The translations under genes and the position numbers were made by a program. Shown here one piece after another: positions 7,438-16,780 of a stretch of 64,000 nucleotides of DNA (the stretch's first letter is position 1; each line of letters starts with the position of its first letter). Where the stretch lies: the sequence record OR515477.1; one strand, 5' to 3'. This DNA comes from Escherichia phage Es2. The notes under the pieces were generated by a model. It searched no databases, was not told the DNA's origin, and worked only from the letters and a program-made list of their open reading frames with translations.

Positions 7438-7466
7438 TTGCTAAACCTCTCTTTTCTTGCTATAAT
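7438..7466 (+). promoter_or_regulatory. early-type sigma70 promoter
   Basis: TTGCTA - 17 bp - TATAAT, conserved leader TTTATAAATTGATAAGAGAGG. Confidence 0.7.
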
Positions 7467-7496
7467 ATATTTATAAATTGATAAGAGAGGTTTGAA

Positions 7497-7778
7497 ATGA
7501 AAAATCGCCTAGACTGTGCCATTCATGTTCTTGAACATGATGTTACGGGAACCTGTATGTCTTACCACGAAGCAGGTCGTTTAATTAAAGAACGCGTGGC
7601 AGATGTGTGCGGATTGAAGATTACTGCTGAGGAAGCTGATGATCTTTTAGGTCAAGCACTGGAGAAAACCGAAATGTTCCTCTGCGATTCTTGTTCTTGG
7701 TGGTGTGAAGCTCACGAACGTTCTTTCAACGATTATGATGTATGTCGTGATTGTAGTGGGGAGGATAAAGATGAATAA
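7497..7778 (+). CDS. hypothetical Cys-rich protein
   Basis: Track ORF 93 aa; CDSCSWWC and CRDCSG motifs. Confidence 0.55.
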   Translation: MKNRLDCAIHVLEHDVTGTCMSYHEAGRLIKERVADVCGLKITAEEADDLLGQALEKTEMFLCDSCSWWCEAHERSFNDYDVCRDCSGEDKDE

Positions 7779-8067
7779 GTTTATTATTGCACTGATGATC
7801 TCCGCAGTTAGTTTCGGTTCTCTGGCGTCTACCAAAGTTTCTATGAAAAATGGTAATGTTAAAGTCCAACAGAACGGTATTATTACTGAGTATGGTAAAG
7901 TTCGTGATGTTAAAGAACGTAATGGTAAGGTAGAAATCTATACTAATAAAAACTTCTCTACTCCAGCCGTTACTATTAGCAAACGCGGTGAAATAACCAC
8001 TCAACGTACTAATAGCTCCAGTTCTTTTACTTGTCGTTATGATTGCGACTTTGAAGGGGAAGAGTAA
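7771..8067 (+). CDS. hypothetical secreted protein (signal peptide)
   Basis: Track ORF 7705..8067 trimmed to ATG at 7771 with GAGGA RBS; N-terminus MNKFIIALMISAVSFGSLAS. Confidence 0.55.
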   Translation: MNKFIIALMISAVSFGSLASTKVSMKNGNVKVQQNGIITEYGKVRDVKERNGKVEIYTNKNFSTPAVTISKRGEITTQRTNSSSSFTCRYDCDFEGEE

Positions 8068-8068
8068 C

Positions 8069-8377
8069 ATGGAAAAGAACGTGAAAAAACTAAACATCAA
8101 CAGCACAGTGCAGATTCCAGCAACTAAGGATGTTTTAACATTCCTACGGAGTGAAAACGCTCAGTTTTGGCATGATCATGTTGTAAAGAACGGTAGTACT
8201 CCAGATGTAGTTTACTTTGCTAAAAAACGTATCGAAGAATATAAAGATCCAGAGATTAAAGATGGGATGATAACTATGCAATTGTGGGTAGCCATGAATA
8301 CGTTTGGACCTACTATGAGTCTAGGAGTTACTCCACTGTTTACTAATATTCTAATTAATGAAAAGGATCTGAAATGA
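8069..8377 (+). CDS. hypothetical early protein
   Basis: Track ORF 8039..8377 trimmed to ATG at 8069 with GAAGAG RBS. Confidence 0.5.
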   Translation: MEKNVKKLNINSTVQIPATKDVLTFLRSENAQFWHDHVVKNGSTPDVVYFAKKRIEEYKDPEIKDGMITMQLWVAMNTFGPTMSLGVTPLFTNILINEKDLK

Positions 8378-8658
8378 TTATCTCTCCATTTGCTCTTTGG
8401 TTCGTCATCGGATCTATAGTAGCTATTTACAGCTTGGTTGATGATCTGTATATTTCTAAGAATAAAGATGTAATATTATACATTATACATAAAACTCGAC
8501 CGTTAGATCTGCCTCCTCTTGATGATAAAACATTACTGAGATGTGCTAGATCTATGATATTTATTGTGGATATTCTTCTAGGCCCAACATCTGTGTTTTT
8601 CTTTTATAGAAAGACTCGTAATATGAAAAAATTTAAAGCTGAAATGCAGAATACCTAA
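8374..8658 (+). CDS. hypothetical membrane protein
   Basis: Track ORF 94 aa; two hydrophobic segments; ATGA overlap. Confidence 0.55.
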   Translation: MIISPFALWFVIGSIVAIYSLVDDLYISKNKDVILYIIHKTRPLDLPPLDDKTLLRCARSMIFIVDILLGPTSVFFFYRKTRNMKKFKAEMQNT

Positions 8659-8768
8659 AGAACTCGCGTAGGACCGAGTTGCGTCACCTGCAACTGTTAC
8701 GGATAAGGGAGTCGTGCCCCTTAGTGCGGTAAGTGGTGAGGTGGCTGCTAGCCCTAACTGGAGATAAT

Positions 8769-9113
8769 ATGACTATATTACTAATTCTTGTTACAACTTG
8801 GTTTTTAATCGGTGCTGGATATGCGATAGCTATTATTAGACATTTGGATGAACATTCTGCTGAATGGTTTGTTAAGTATCTACGTATTGATGGTCAAGAA
8901 CAGAAGTTTAAAGACGAAAAGCAGAAAAAAGCAGTAAATAATATGACAGCCAAAGAATGCTTGTTCTACATGCGTATTGTAGGGTTCTTTGGACTATTAG
9001 TTGCTGGCCCAATTGGTTCTACCATTGCCCCATATAAAGAAACAGTTGCTGACATCAAATTGTGGAGAAATGCAGGGGTACTGCACAAAGCTAGAAAAAC
9101 TAATATTACATAA
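8769..9113 (+). CDS. hypothetical membrane protein
   Basis: Track ORF 8733..9113 trimmed to ATG at 8769 with GGAGA RBS; hydrophobic N-terminus. Confidence 0.55.
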   Translation: MTILLILVTTWFLIGAGYAIAIIRHLDEHSAEWFVKYLRIDGQEQKFKDEKQKKAVNNMTAKECLFYMRIVGFFGLLVAGPIGSTIAPYKETVADIKLWRNAGVLHKARKTNIT

Positions 9114-9156
9114 GATTGACACTAAGTCAGCTTACTAGCAAAAGCAAATAATGACA

Positions 9157-9193
9157 AAGCCCAGCCTGCACTTTTGCGACTGGGCTATTTTTA
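9157..9193 (+). terminator. intrinsic terminator
   Basis: Hairpin GCCCAG...CTGGGC followed by T-run. Confidence 0.6.
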
Positions 9194-9207
9194 TAATAAA
9201 ATTTTAG

Positions 9208-9236
9208 TTGCTTAGATGCCCAAACTTTTGTATAAT
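9208..9236 (+). promoter_or_regulatory. early-type sigma70 promoter
   Basis: TTGCTT - 17 bp - TGTATAAT, RBS AAGAGGA. Confidence 0.7.
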
Positions 9237-9267
9237 ATGTTTATAGATTGAGGCAAGAGGATTAAAT

Positions 9268-9966
9268 ATGAGGATTATTTCTAAGTTCGCCGATGTGTAT
9301 GATTTGCAGAACAGTTTGTTTGACCCAGATCGTGTGTGGGAACGTAAAACTGAGGAGTTACTGGTTAAAGTAACCGATGATGCAGAAAAGAACATTGTGC
9401 ATACTCGCCAGGTATTTCGTGATGGTTCGCTATCTTTCCGTGGTGATTTCGAATACTTTGTAAACCCACTATTTGTTGCAGGTGAAGTTTACTGGTTACA
9501 CGAGCTGTACTGCTGGCATCCAGCATTTAGCTTCAAAACGTTCAACCTCGACACTATGTTCGATAAAATGGAAGAGATGGGATTGCATGCTCGCTCTTAC
9601 TTAATGGATAAGAGTCGCGGAGATGTTCGTGAAACAATGCGTGATTTGCTCGCTGAAGCAAAACCTAAAGCAGAACGTATCTTATCCGAACTGCGTGTAC
9701 CGATTGCATATGTGAAAGGTATTAAGAAGAACGATAACGATGATGTTCGTAACTTCGTGATTCAGACTAACATTCGTTTCCATCAGTCAGGTATTCCGTG
9801 GCAGGAAATTGAAAGTAACTTATACCGTTTACACCAAGTTCTCGAACAGTATATCTTCGGTGTACTAGGAACTGGTGAGCCTGATATGATTAAAGTATCA
9901 GATAAAGACAGGTTAGCAGCGCATGGATTTGATACAAAAACTTCTTTCAGGAATATGGCAAGGTAA
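9268..9966 (+). CDS. hypothetical early protein
   Basis: Track ORF 232 aa. Confidence 0.65.
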   Translation: MRIISKFADVYDLQNSLFDPDRVWERKTEELLVKVTDDAEKNIVHTRQVFRDGSLSFRGDFEYFVNPLFVAGEVYWLHELYCWHPAFSFKTFNLDTMFDKMEEMGLHARSYLMDKSRGDVRETMRDLLAEAKPKAERILSELRVPIAYVKGIKKNDNDDVRNFVIQTNIRFHQSGIPWQEIESNLYRLHQVLEQYIFGVLGTGEPDMIKVSDKDRLAAHGFDTKTSFRNMAR

Positions 9967-10372
9967 GTGGTATATCCTGGGAGCAGGTCTAGCGATAGGC
10001 ATCGGGTTCGGTGCTTATCACTTAGTAGATAAAGTGGAGACTTTAGCGGGAGATCTTGCGGTAGCTACTAAAAAGATCTCTTCTCTAGAAACTTCCCTTA
10101 ATAAGGTGAAAGCTGAGAGCGAACTTCGGGAGACTCGAATGAACCAGTATTTCACAATGAATAATATTTCGCAAGCAGATCTAGACAAAAAGATTAAGCA
10201 GCTAGATAAAGCTCTTAGTCGTCAAGATATTATAGCTGCAAAGCCTGGATTGGTAACATTAATAGCTAAAAAGCAGAGTAGAGAGTTCGAGGAAAGATTA
10301 GCATGTTTAACTGGAAACTTGGAATACTGCTCGCAGCCGCAATCACAATCACAGGCTGTGCAGAAGAAATAA
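9923..10372 (+). CDS. hypothetical membrane-anchored coiled-coil protein
   Basis: Track ORF 149 aa; N-terminal TM helix; start uncertain (overlaps upstream ORF). Confidence 0.5.
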   Translation: MDLIQKLLSGIWQGKWYILGAGLAIGIGFGAYHLVDKVETLAGDLAVATKKISSLETSLNKVKAESELRETRMNQYFTMNNISQADLDKKIKQLDKALSRQDIIAAKPGLVTLIAKKQSREFEERLACLTGNLEYCSQPQSQSQAVQKK

Positions 10373-10656
10373 AACCAGAGCCTTCTCATGAGTTAAAGCA
10401 AGCTCATGTAGACTGGCCTAAAGGACTTCAACCTTGTAGCTTTGACTTTAAGTTTGAAAAGAAATTAGCTACAAATGGGGAAGATGGCGTAGTAGTTGTT
10501 GTACCATATAAAGATTGGAATGCAAAAGCAAAATGTGAGGAAGCAGTTTACTCTTACATTTCACGACTGACTGGTATGGTTTGCTTCTATCGCCAAGATT
10601 TACAAGAAAAACGTTGCTTAGTTTACTATCCACCAATTAACAATAGGAAAGATTAA
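10303..10656 (+). CDS. putative lipoprotein
   Basis: Track ORF 117 aa; signal peptide ending in lipobox-like ITGC. Confidence 0.5.
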   Translation: MFNWKLGILLAAAITITGCAEEIKPEPSHELKQAHVDWPKGLQPCSFDFKFEKKLATNGEDGVVVVVPYKDWNAKAKCEEAVYSYISRLTGMVCFYRQDLQEKRCLVYYPPINNRKD

Positions 10657-11408
10657 TGTCAGTATTAGTCGGTTTACATGGTGAAGCTGGTTCGGGAAAA
10701 GATACCGTTGCAAAATTAATTATCGATTGGTGTAATGACACGTATCCAACGTGTTTATCCCGTCGTTATAGTTTTGCTAAGCCCGTTTATGAACTTGCAT
10801 CCGTAATCCTCGGTGTAACTCCAGAGTTTCTAGGAGAGCGCAGAGGAAAAGAGATTGCTCAATGGTTTACGGTCACACAATCTCAATTGGAGCGAGCTAG
10901 AGATGTGTGGTTTAAATACGGTATCGATAAGTTTGAAGACTTCTCGTACGTTTGGCCTATTTTTGAGGAAAAATATCTTAATCCTCAACAACTTATCTCA
11001 GAGAATAAAGAAGACGGACTTTATAGTTTATTTATTTCTCCGAGAAAAATGTTACAGCTCGTAGGGACAGAGCTAGGAAGGCAGCTGGTGCATGAACGCA
11101 TTTGGCTCATAATTCTGGAGCAATCCATCGCTAAAGACGACCCAGACGTCGCCGTAATAACAGATGTTAGATTCCCCAATGAAGGAGAGCTACTCAGAGA
11201 AACAAACCATTTAGATATGGATTCTTTGATAGTAAATGTAGTACCCGCTGAGCAGAAGTTTACTATTAAATCAGATCATCCATCTGAAAGTGGTATTCCT
11301 GCAAAATATATTACTCACGAATTAGTTAATAAATTCGATGGTATCAATAACCTTAAACTAGAAGTTTATAACTTCTGTGACTTAGAGCTAGAACCACTAG
11401 TTGGATAA
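10656..11408 (+). CDS. dnk: deoxynucleoside monophosphate kinase
   Basis: 250 aa; P-loop GEAGSGKDT; size matches my recollection of the T5 enzyme. Confidence 0.75.
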   Translation: MSVLVGLHGEAGSGKDTVAKLIIDWCNDTYPTCLSRRYSFAKPVYELASVILGVTPEFLGERRGKEIAQWFTVTQSQLERARDVWFKYGIDKFEDFSYVWPIFEEKYLNPQQLISENKEDGLYSLFISPRKMLQLVGTELGRQLVHERIWLIILEQSIAKDDPDVAVITDVRFPNEGELLRETNHLDMDSLIVNVVPAEQKFTIKSDHPSESGIPAKYITHELVNKFDGINNLKLEVYNFCDLELEPLVG

Positions 11409-11420
11409 TCAAGGATCGCT

Positions 11421-12020
11421 ATGACTAATAAAAAAGAAGAAAAGACTAACCTGTTTCACTCCATTCGCCAATCTAACGAGTATACCTTTTTCTTTGATGA
11501 AGAATTAGGCCCACCAGATGAATACCGTGATTTATCAATGGTACTTATGCAGGCAAATGAGGACGACGAAATTAATCTGATGATTAATGGTCCGGGTGGT
11601 TATGTTGATACTGCTGCACAGTTATCTAACTTAATTGCTAATTGCCGTGGAACAGTTATAGGGCATCTGATTGGTCCTAGTGCTTCTGCTTACTGCACAA
11701 TTTTCCTATCCTGTCATGGGTGGGTAGTACATCCACATGCTACGCTAATGGGGCACACGTTCTCTGGCGGATTCTGTGAGAAGGGTCAAGAAATTAAGAA
11801 AGCCTATGAATCTTACAACAAGTTCGTAGAAGATATGATGCTAGATGTCTACTATCCGTTCTTCTCAATAGACGAAATCGACGAGATGGTAAAAGACAAC
11901 AAAAATATCTATCTAGATAGCAAAGAAATCCATAAGCGTATTGAAATCTTGGCAAAATATCGATCTGAGCAATATAATAAAGCCCAGTTACCTCAATTAG
12001 AGGAGCACAGTGAAGAGTAA
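11421..12020 (+). CDS. ClpP-like serine protease (putative)
   Basis: 199 aa; MINGPGGYVD and GPSASAY segments resemble the ClpP/S14 fold; no search run. Confidence 0.5.
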   Translation: MTNKKEEKTNLFHSIRQSNEYTFFFDEELGPPDEYRDLSMVLMQANEDDEINLMINGPGGYVDTAAQLSNLIANCRGTVIGHLIGPSASAYCTIFLSCHGWVVHPHATLMGHTFSGGFCEKGQEIKKAYESYNKFVEDMMLDVYYPFFSIDEIDEMVKDNKNIYLDSKEIHKRIEILAKYRSEQYNKAQLPQLEEHSEE

Positions 12021-12030
12021 GTAGTTTTAA

Positions 12031-12062
12031 GCCAGGGTTTAACGACCCTGGCTTTTCTTTTA
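12031..12062 (+). terminator. intrinsic terminator
   Basis: Hairpin GCCAGGG...CCCTGGC followed by TTTTCTTTT. Confidence 0.65.
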
Positions 12063-12123
12063 TCTAAAATTCTTCTTGACAACGACAAAATTTTATGCTC
12101 CAGAAGTGATCTTTAAAAACACA

Positions 12124-12152
12124 TTGTAATTTTCCTCCAAAATTAGTATAAT
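12124..12152 (+). promoter_or_regulatory. sigma70 promoter upstream of lysis genes
   Basis: TTGTAA - 17 bp - TATAAT; a consensus TTGACA also lies at 12076. Confidence 0.55.
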
Positions 12153-12176
12153 GGTACTGGTTAGAGGAGGTTACAA

Positions 12177-12833
12177 TTGGAAAAGTTCTTACAATTATTA
12201 ACGGTACTGCTCCAAGAAGCGAAAGATCCAGCATCGCTTCTTAAACGTCTGCTAACTATCTTAGTTGCTGTCATTATTTTCTTATTTGTTAGTAATACTA
12301 GCGAGGTGATGTCATTCTTAAAGACTTTCTCCACGTCTGCGGTTCTACAGGATGTTCAAACTCAAAGGATAGATAACTTTCCTAATGTAGCTAGAGAAAA
12401 AAGCATGGTACTCTTTTCTCAAACGGGTGCGGATGCTGTTTTTGTCGTCAAGTATAAACCCGATGCCATTAATGATTATTCTAACATTATTGCATGGGAA
12501 AGCAATGCGCAATTAGATAGGGCTGACTTGGCCGATAAAGCGGTAAATAAAACGTCTGAGCTATATAGACGTCACTTGGAAGGCTTTAACTACGCATCGG
12601 ATTTAAGTGTAAAAGTAAATAAATACATGGGGTTAGATATACCTGCGTTTAAGAACGTTACTTTTAATTACATATACACTTGTCCATATTTCAATCTAAA
12701 CAATATCTATGCTGGATATATTGGTATTGCTTGGAAAGATAATCCTGTAGATGCAGCCGATTCTGAGAAATTTAACGAGTATTTAACAAAGCTCTGTTCC
12801 CCACAACAGAGATCTTTAGGTAGATCAATATGA
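12177..12833 (+). CDS. hol: holin (putative), TTG start
   Basis: 218 aa; TM segment near N-terminus; directly upstream of endolysin; GAGGAGG RBS before TTG. Confidence 0.6.
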   Translation: MEKFLQLLTVLLQEAKDPASLLKRLLTILVAVIIFLFVSNTSEVMSFLKTFSTSAVLQDVQTQRIDNFPNVAREKSMVLFSQTGADAVFVVKYKPDAINDYSNIIAWESNAQLDRADLADKAVNKTSELYRRHLEGFNYASDLSVKVNKYMGLDIPAFKNVTFNYIYTCPYFNLNNIYAGYIGIAWKDNPVDAADSEKFNEYLTKLCSPQQRSLGRSI

Positions 12834-13243
12834 GTTTTAAATTTGGTAAAAATAGTGAAAAACAATTAGCTACCGTTAAGCCAGAGCTACAAAAAGTAGC
12901 TCGTAGAGCTTTAGAATTATCTCCATATGATTTCACGATCGTACAGGGTATTCGTACAGTAGCACAAAGTGCCCAGAATATTGCTAATGGTACTTCATTT
13001 TTAAAAGATCCTAGTAAAAGCAAGCATATTACTGGGGATGCCCTTGATTTTGCTCCATATATTAATGGCAAAATTGATTGGAATGATTTAGAAGCATTTT
13101 GGGCAGTTAAAAAGGCTTTTGAACAAGCAGGTAAAGAACTAGGCATTAAACTTCGTTTTGGTGCTGATTGGAATGCTTCGGGAGACTATCACGATGAAAT
13201 AAAACGTGGTACCTATGATGGCGGTCATGTCGAACTAGTTTAA
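12830..13243 (+). CDS. lys: endolysin, L-alanyl-D-glutamate peptidase type
   Basis: 137 aa; H..D..H zinc-peptidase-like motif positions (HITGDALDF, DGGHVE); size matches my recollection of T5 Lys. Confidence 0.75.
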   Translation: MSFKFGKNSEKQLATVKPELQKVARRALELSPYDFTIVQGIRTVAQSAQNIANGTSFLKDPSKSKHITGDALDFAPYINGKIDWNDLEAFWAVKKAFEQAGKELGIKLRFGADWNASGDYHDEIKRGTYDGGHVELV

Positions 13244-13254
13244 TTGATAACTGA

Positions 13255-13278
13255 GGCGGGAATATTCCCGCCTTTTTA
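13255..13278 (+). terminator. intrinsic terminator
   Basis: Hairpin GGCGGG-AATATT-CCCGCC followed by TTTTT. Confidence 0.7.
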
Positions 13279-13320
13279 GGCAAAGGGGGCTTTAATAATT
13301 TTTGAAGATAGGAGAAAGCC

Positions 13321-13737
13321 ATGTTTGCAGAACTATTCACTATGATGCTGCTAGGTATCTGGAAAATAAGTCTAGTAGTATTCGTTTTAATGATAGTTTT
13401 TACTATCCTTGCATTAACTACCCGAAATAGCTTACTAATAAAGGTTATTCACGGACTAGAGTATATAATTATGGGTTCATTCGGCGTTTGTAAATGCAAT
13501 TGCCATAGAGATACGAAATATTGTTGGTTATGGATGGAACTAGAGAATCCTATATCCATAGCTTTGGCTGTTTCATTCGGCATGATTCTTATGGCCCTTA
13601 CTCTAGCATTAATTCCTTTGATGTTAGCTGGGGGAGTTACAGCGTATTTCACCCTTTTCTCCCCGATACTTATGTACTCAATTTACCCAATAACTATGTA
13701 TCTAGTTAGGAAAAGATTTATACATGCAGTAGATTAA
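13321..13737 (+). CDS. hypothetical multi-pass membrane protein
   Basis: Track ORF 138 aa, several hydrophobic segments. Confidence 0.55.
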   Translation: MFAELFTMMLLGIWKISLVVFVLMIVFTILALTTRNSLLIKVIHGLEYIIMGSFGVCKCNCHRDTKYCWLWMELENPISIALAVSFGMILMALTLALIPLMLAGGVTAYFTLFSPILMYSIYPITMYLVRKRFIHAVD

Positions 13738-13750
13738 GATAAAAAAGTAG

Positions 13751-13779
13751 TTGACTTTTAGCCCTAGTTATTATATAAT
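13751..13779 (+). promoter_or_regulatory. early-type sigma70 promoter
   Basis: TTGACT - 17 bp - TATAAT, leader CATAAATTAGTTAAGAGAGG. Confidence 0.7.
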
Positions 13780-13812
13780 ATATACATAAATTAGTTAAGA
13801 GAGGTATATATT

Positions 13813-14244
13813 ATGTCTGATCGTTTCTATACTCAAATGGCGGAACATTTTCGTATACCACATTACGAGCTAAACATTGCACTCCGTGATCATGACTCTC
13901 CTGAGTACAAAAAGCTCGAAAAGAAAGCGGAAAAATCTATTGATACAAAGGTAGGTGCATCTATGTCTAAGGGCAAAAAGTTAACTCGTCTTGATCTTAA
14001 TAAAATTTTAACTGAACTTTTGGGTACTGATATTGAAGGTGCTAAATTACCGCTTCTTGTACTAGAGACTATGATTAAAAAGGTCAAAAATAAAGAGTAT
14101 AAAAAGGTAGAAGTCCCAGAAGGCAGATTAAAGGCTCCTTATCAGGAAGCATTAACCGAGTGTTTGGGTGTAAATCTTGATCTGAGCACCGCAACCGTAA
14201 AAACTATGAAAAACTTCTTAGAGGCCATTAATAACTATGAGTAA
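13813..14244 (+). CDS. hypothetical early protein
   Basis: Track ORF 143 aa. Confidence 0.6.
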   Translation: MSDRFYTQMAEHFRIPHYELNIALRDHDSPEYKKLEKKAEKSIDTKVGASMSKGKKLTRLDLNKILTELLGTDIEGAKLPLLVLETMIKKVKNKEYKKVEVPEGRLKAPYQEALTECLGVNLDLSTATVKTMKNFLEAINNYE

Positions 14245-14527
14245 ATTAGTATATCTATTGAAAGGTTCTACTTGCAACCCTTGCAAAATGTTTGAGCCAG
14301 TATTTGATAAAGTAGTCAATGAATATAATTTGGAAGTCCATAAAGAGACTGATAATACAGAATTAATGCAGAAATTTGGCGTACGCCAAGTTCCTGTAGT
14401 AGTTCTGGCAGATCGCTTACCTAATGGTCGAGTAGAAGCTAATCATATTTTGATTGGACGTCAGCTTCGTAAAGAAACTATGCACGAAGCTATTAAAAAT
14501 TTCCTGGATGATAATCCAGAGGATTAA
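14237..14527 (+). CDS. thioredoxin/glutaredoxin-like protein
   Basis: 96 aa; CNPC active-site-like motif near N-terminus. Confidence 0.55.
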   Translation: MSKLVYLLKGSTCNPCKMFEPVFDKVVNEYNLEVHKETDNTELMQKFGVRQVPVVVLADRLPNGRVEANHILIGRQLRKETMHEAIKNFLDDNPED

Positions 14528-14534
14528 TAAACCA

Positions 14535-14566
14535 AGCCTGATCTTAGCGGATCAGGCTTTTATTTT
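14535..14566 (+). terminator. intrinsic terminator
   Basis: Hairpin AGCCTGATC...GATCAGGCT followed by T-run. Confidence 0.65.
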
Positions 14567-14568
14567 AC

Positions 14569-14597
14569 TTGCTTTCAGCTAAAAATTTTGGTATAAT
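14569..14597 (+). promoter_or_regulatory. early-type sigma70 promoter
   Basis: TTGCTT - 17 bp - GGTATAAT, leader TATAAATTGATTGGAGG. Confidence 0.7.
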
Positions 14598-14624
14598 ACT
14601 TATATAAATTGATTGGAGGATTAA

Positions 14625-14870
14625 ATGTTAGCGGAACAAGCAAAACGTTTAGCTAGGATAAATAGAGCTGCTCTTCTCAAGAGCAGAAAGAAGCCGTATA
14701 GATACGTTAAAAGACGGATTCTAGCTTCTGTAGAGGCTGGGGGTTCTTTTATACAATTTAATCGTGATGAAATTAGTTATGAAGCTATAAAAGCCCTCTA
14801 TAAAGATGGTTATACTCTAAAACTATCAAATAATTATGGTACAACTATTTTAAATGTTATTTGGGAATAA
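14625..14870 (+). CDS. hypothetical early protein
   Basis: Track ORF 81 aa. Confidence 0.55.
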   Translation: MLAEQAKRLARINRAALLKSRKKPYRYVKRRILASVEAGGSFIQFNRDEISYEAIKALYKDGYTLKLSNNYGTTILNVIWE

Positions 14871-15736
14871 TTATGAAAAAAGAATTTAATGTACATAAAA
14901 CACTAGTAGTACCTGATGATGTTAACTTATTCTTTGTTGGTGATATTCATGGATGCAACGATTTACTAGAAGATGCACTACAATTAGCTGGATATAACGG
15001 CAAGAAAGATTGCGTTGTATGCGTGGGAGATTTAATTGATCGAGGCACGCAGAACCTACAAGTTTTAGCTAAATTCCTGTATAATCCACGCTTTATCAGT
15101 GTCCGTGGTAATCATGACCAATTTATGATTGTGGGAGATTGGGCTAACTGGATGTATAACGGTGGTATGTGGGCTATGAATGAACTAGATGCAGATACCA
15201 TTAAAAATATTGCCGAAGACATGGCTGAAAAAATGCCAGTATTCCTAACTGTTAAACATCGCGGCAAGAAGTATGGTGTTGTTCATGGTGGTGTACCTTT
15301 TACATACAAAGAATGTGGTAATGAAGTAGAAACCCCAGTATGGGATAATCTTATTGCACAAGTAGAAGCAGCTAAGGAAGACCCACACGACCATCCTGGA
15401 TACCATGTTGAGCCATACTTATGGGATCGAGATGTAATCCAAGAAATAGGTTTTCACTTAGCTAAAAATGGTGAAGAACACTCATATTTCCAGCGTTATG
15501 CAGGGTTTAAAGAGAAATACATGGTAGAAGTACCTCCAGTTAATGGGGTAGACTTTGTATTTCATGGACATACCGGAGTACCTTACCCGATTTTATACCA
15601 GAACCGTGTTTATCTTGATACTGGCGGTGTTTTCAACGGGCAGTTGACGGTTGCGCAAGTTAATGATGAAACTGGGAAAATCACAACATTTACCACGCTT
15701 CGAGAAGATAGCTGTGGTGTACAGAGGATTCTTTAA
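14861..15736 (+). CDS. Ser/Thr protein phosphatase (calcineurin-like metallophosphatase)
   Basis: 291 aa; GDIHGC, GDLIDRG and RGNHD motifs. Confidence 0.75.
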   Translation: MGIIMKKEFNVHKTLVVPDDVNLFFVGDIHGCNDLLEDALQLAGYNGKKDCVVCVGDLIDRGTQNLQVLAKFLYNPRFISVRGNHDQFMIVGDWANWMYNGGMWAMNELDADTIKNIAEDMAEKMPVFLTVKHRGKKYGVVHGGVPFTYKECGNEVETPVWDNLIAQVEAAKEDPHDHPGYHVEPYLWDRDVIQEIGFHLAKNGEEHSYFQRYAGFKEKYMVEVPPVNGVDFVFHGHTGVPYPILYQNRVYLDTGGVFNGQLTVAQVNDETGKITTFTTLREDSCGVQRIL

Positions 15737-16023
15737 TGAATGATAGAATGAAAGAAGTACAAGAAGAATTACGAGCAATGCGTATTGATGCCCTTCGTTG
15801 GAGAGCATTAGTTAATGCTTTCGTCAAAGGAGATACCGGAGTAATATATTCTGGAATAGCAGTCAATTTTTGTTTTAATTCTCCTGCTGAAATAGAGATA
15901 GAAACAAGGCTTACTACCTACCTTAATGAGGTAGACCTTAAGGAAGGAGAGACTCCCGGGGAGTTTAAAACTAGAGTATTAACTACCTGGGTTGATAATT
16001 TAATACAAAAAAGGAGTAAGTGA
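15736..16023 (+). CDS. hypothetical early protein
   Basis: Track ORF 95 aa. Confidence 0.55.
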   Translation: MNDRMKEVQEELRAMRIDALRWRALVNAFVKGDTGVIYSGIAVNFCFNSPAEIEIETRLTTYLNEVDLKEGETPGEFKTRVLTTWVDNLIQKRSK

Positions 16024-16613
16024 TGAAGGTTAAATTCTGGTCAGACTTGCACTTAGACCACCCTGGAGCACTACGTTTCCGTCCGTGGTTTAAGAACATG
16101 AAAGAGCACGATGAGTATATTCTAGATACTTTATCCAAGCATATTGGTAAACGAACAAAACTTATTTTGCTAGGAGATATTGCAGTAGGTCGTGAAGGTC
16201 TGGCCAAATTAAAGTCGGTTATCCACAATGTCCCTAATCAACTCATTATGGGTAATCATGATGCGGAGCGTCAAGGACTGAGTATTAGGGACTTAGCGGA
16301 AGTTTATGACGATATTCAAGCTCTAGGCAAACAGACTGGAGGTGGCAAAAAGTTTTGGCTATCTCACTGCCCTTTGCACCCTAATGAACTTCGTGGCAAA
16401 CTAAATATTCACGGACATGTACATACTACTTCTTTACGTGATCCACGTTATATTAATGTCTCATTTGAAATGAGTAGAACTCCAATTCCACTAGAGGATA
16501 TTGTGTCTGGTAAGTTTACTAGTTACGATAGAGTGGTTAATTGTACTACCGGCGAGGTATTACAAATAGGAGAAGACGTAGCTGCTGTATTGCGTGGCGA
16601 TATAAATGTCTAA
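16020..16613 (+). CDS. metallophosphoesterase (second copy)
   Basis: 197 aa; GDIAVG and GNHD motifs, GHVH near C-terminus. Confidence 0.6.
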   Translation: MMKVKFWSDLHLDHPGALRFRPWFKNMKEHDEYILDTLSKHIGKRTKLILLGDIAVGREGLAKLKSVIHNVPNQLIMGNHDAERQGLSIRDLAEVYDDIQALGKQTGGGKKFWLSHCPLHPNELRGKLNIHGHVHTTSLRDPRYINVSFEMSRTPIPLEDIVSGKFTSYDRVVNCTTGEVLQIGEDVAAVLRGDINV

Positions 16614-16720
16614 GTATATAGCTAGGGCTATTATTAAACGAATTATACAAGTGATAGCAATACTTATAGTTATTTGTATTGCCATTGGCACAGGACTAGG
16701 CATTTTAATTAAAAGTTTTA

Positions 16721-16749
16721 TTTGCTAAAATGCCTAAATTTCTGTATAA
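16721..16749 (+). promoter_or_regulatory. early-type sigma70 promoter
   Basis: TTGCTA - 17 bp - TGTATAAT, leader TTTATAAATTGATGAGAAGG. Confidence 0.7.
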
Positions 16750-16780
16750 TTACTTTATAAATTGATGAGAAGGAATAAAA

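Noticed and set aside
10855-11064. 69-aa ORF inside the dNMP kinase gene
   Set aside because: Alternative frame within a gene that carries a clear P-loop motif.
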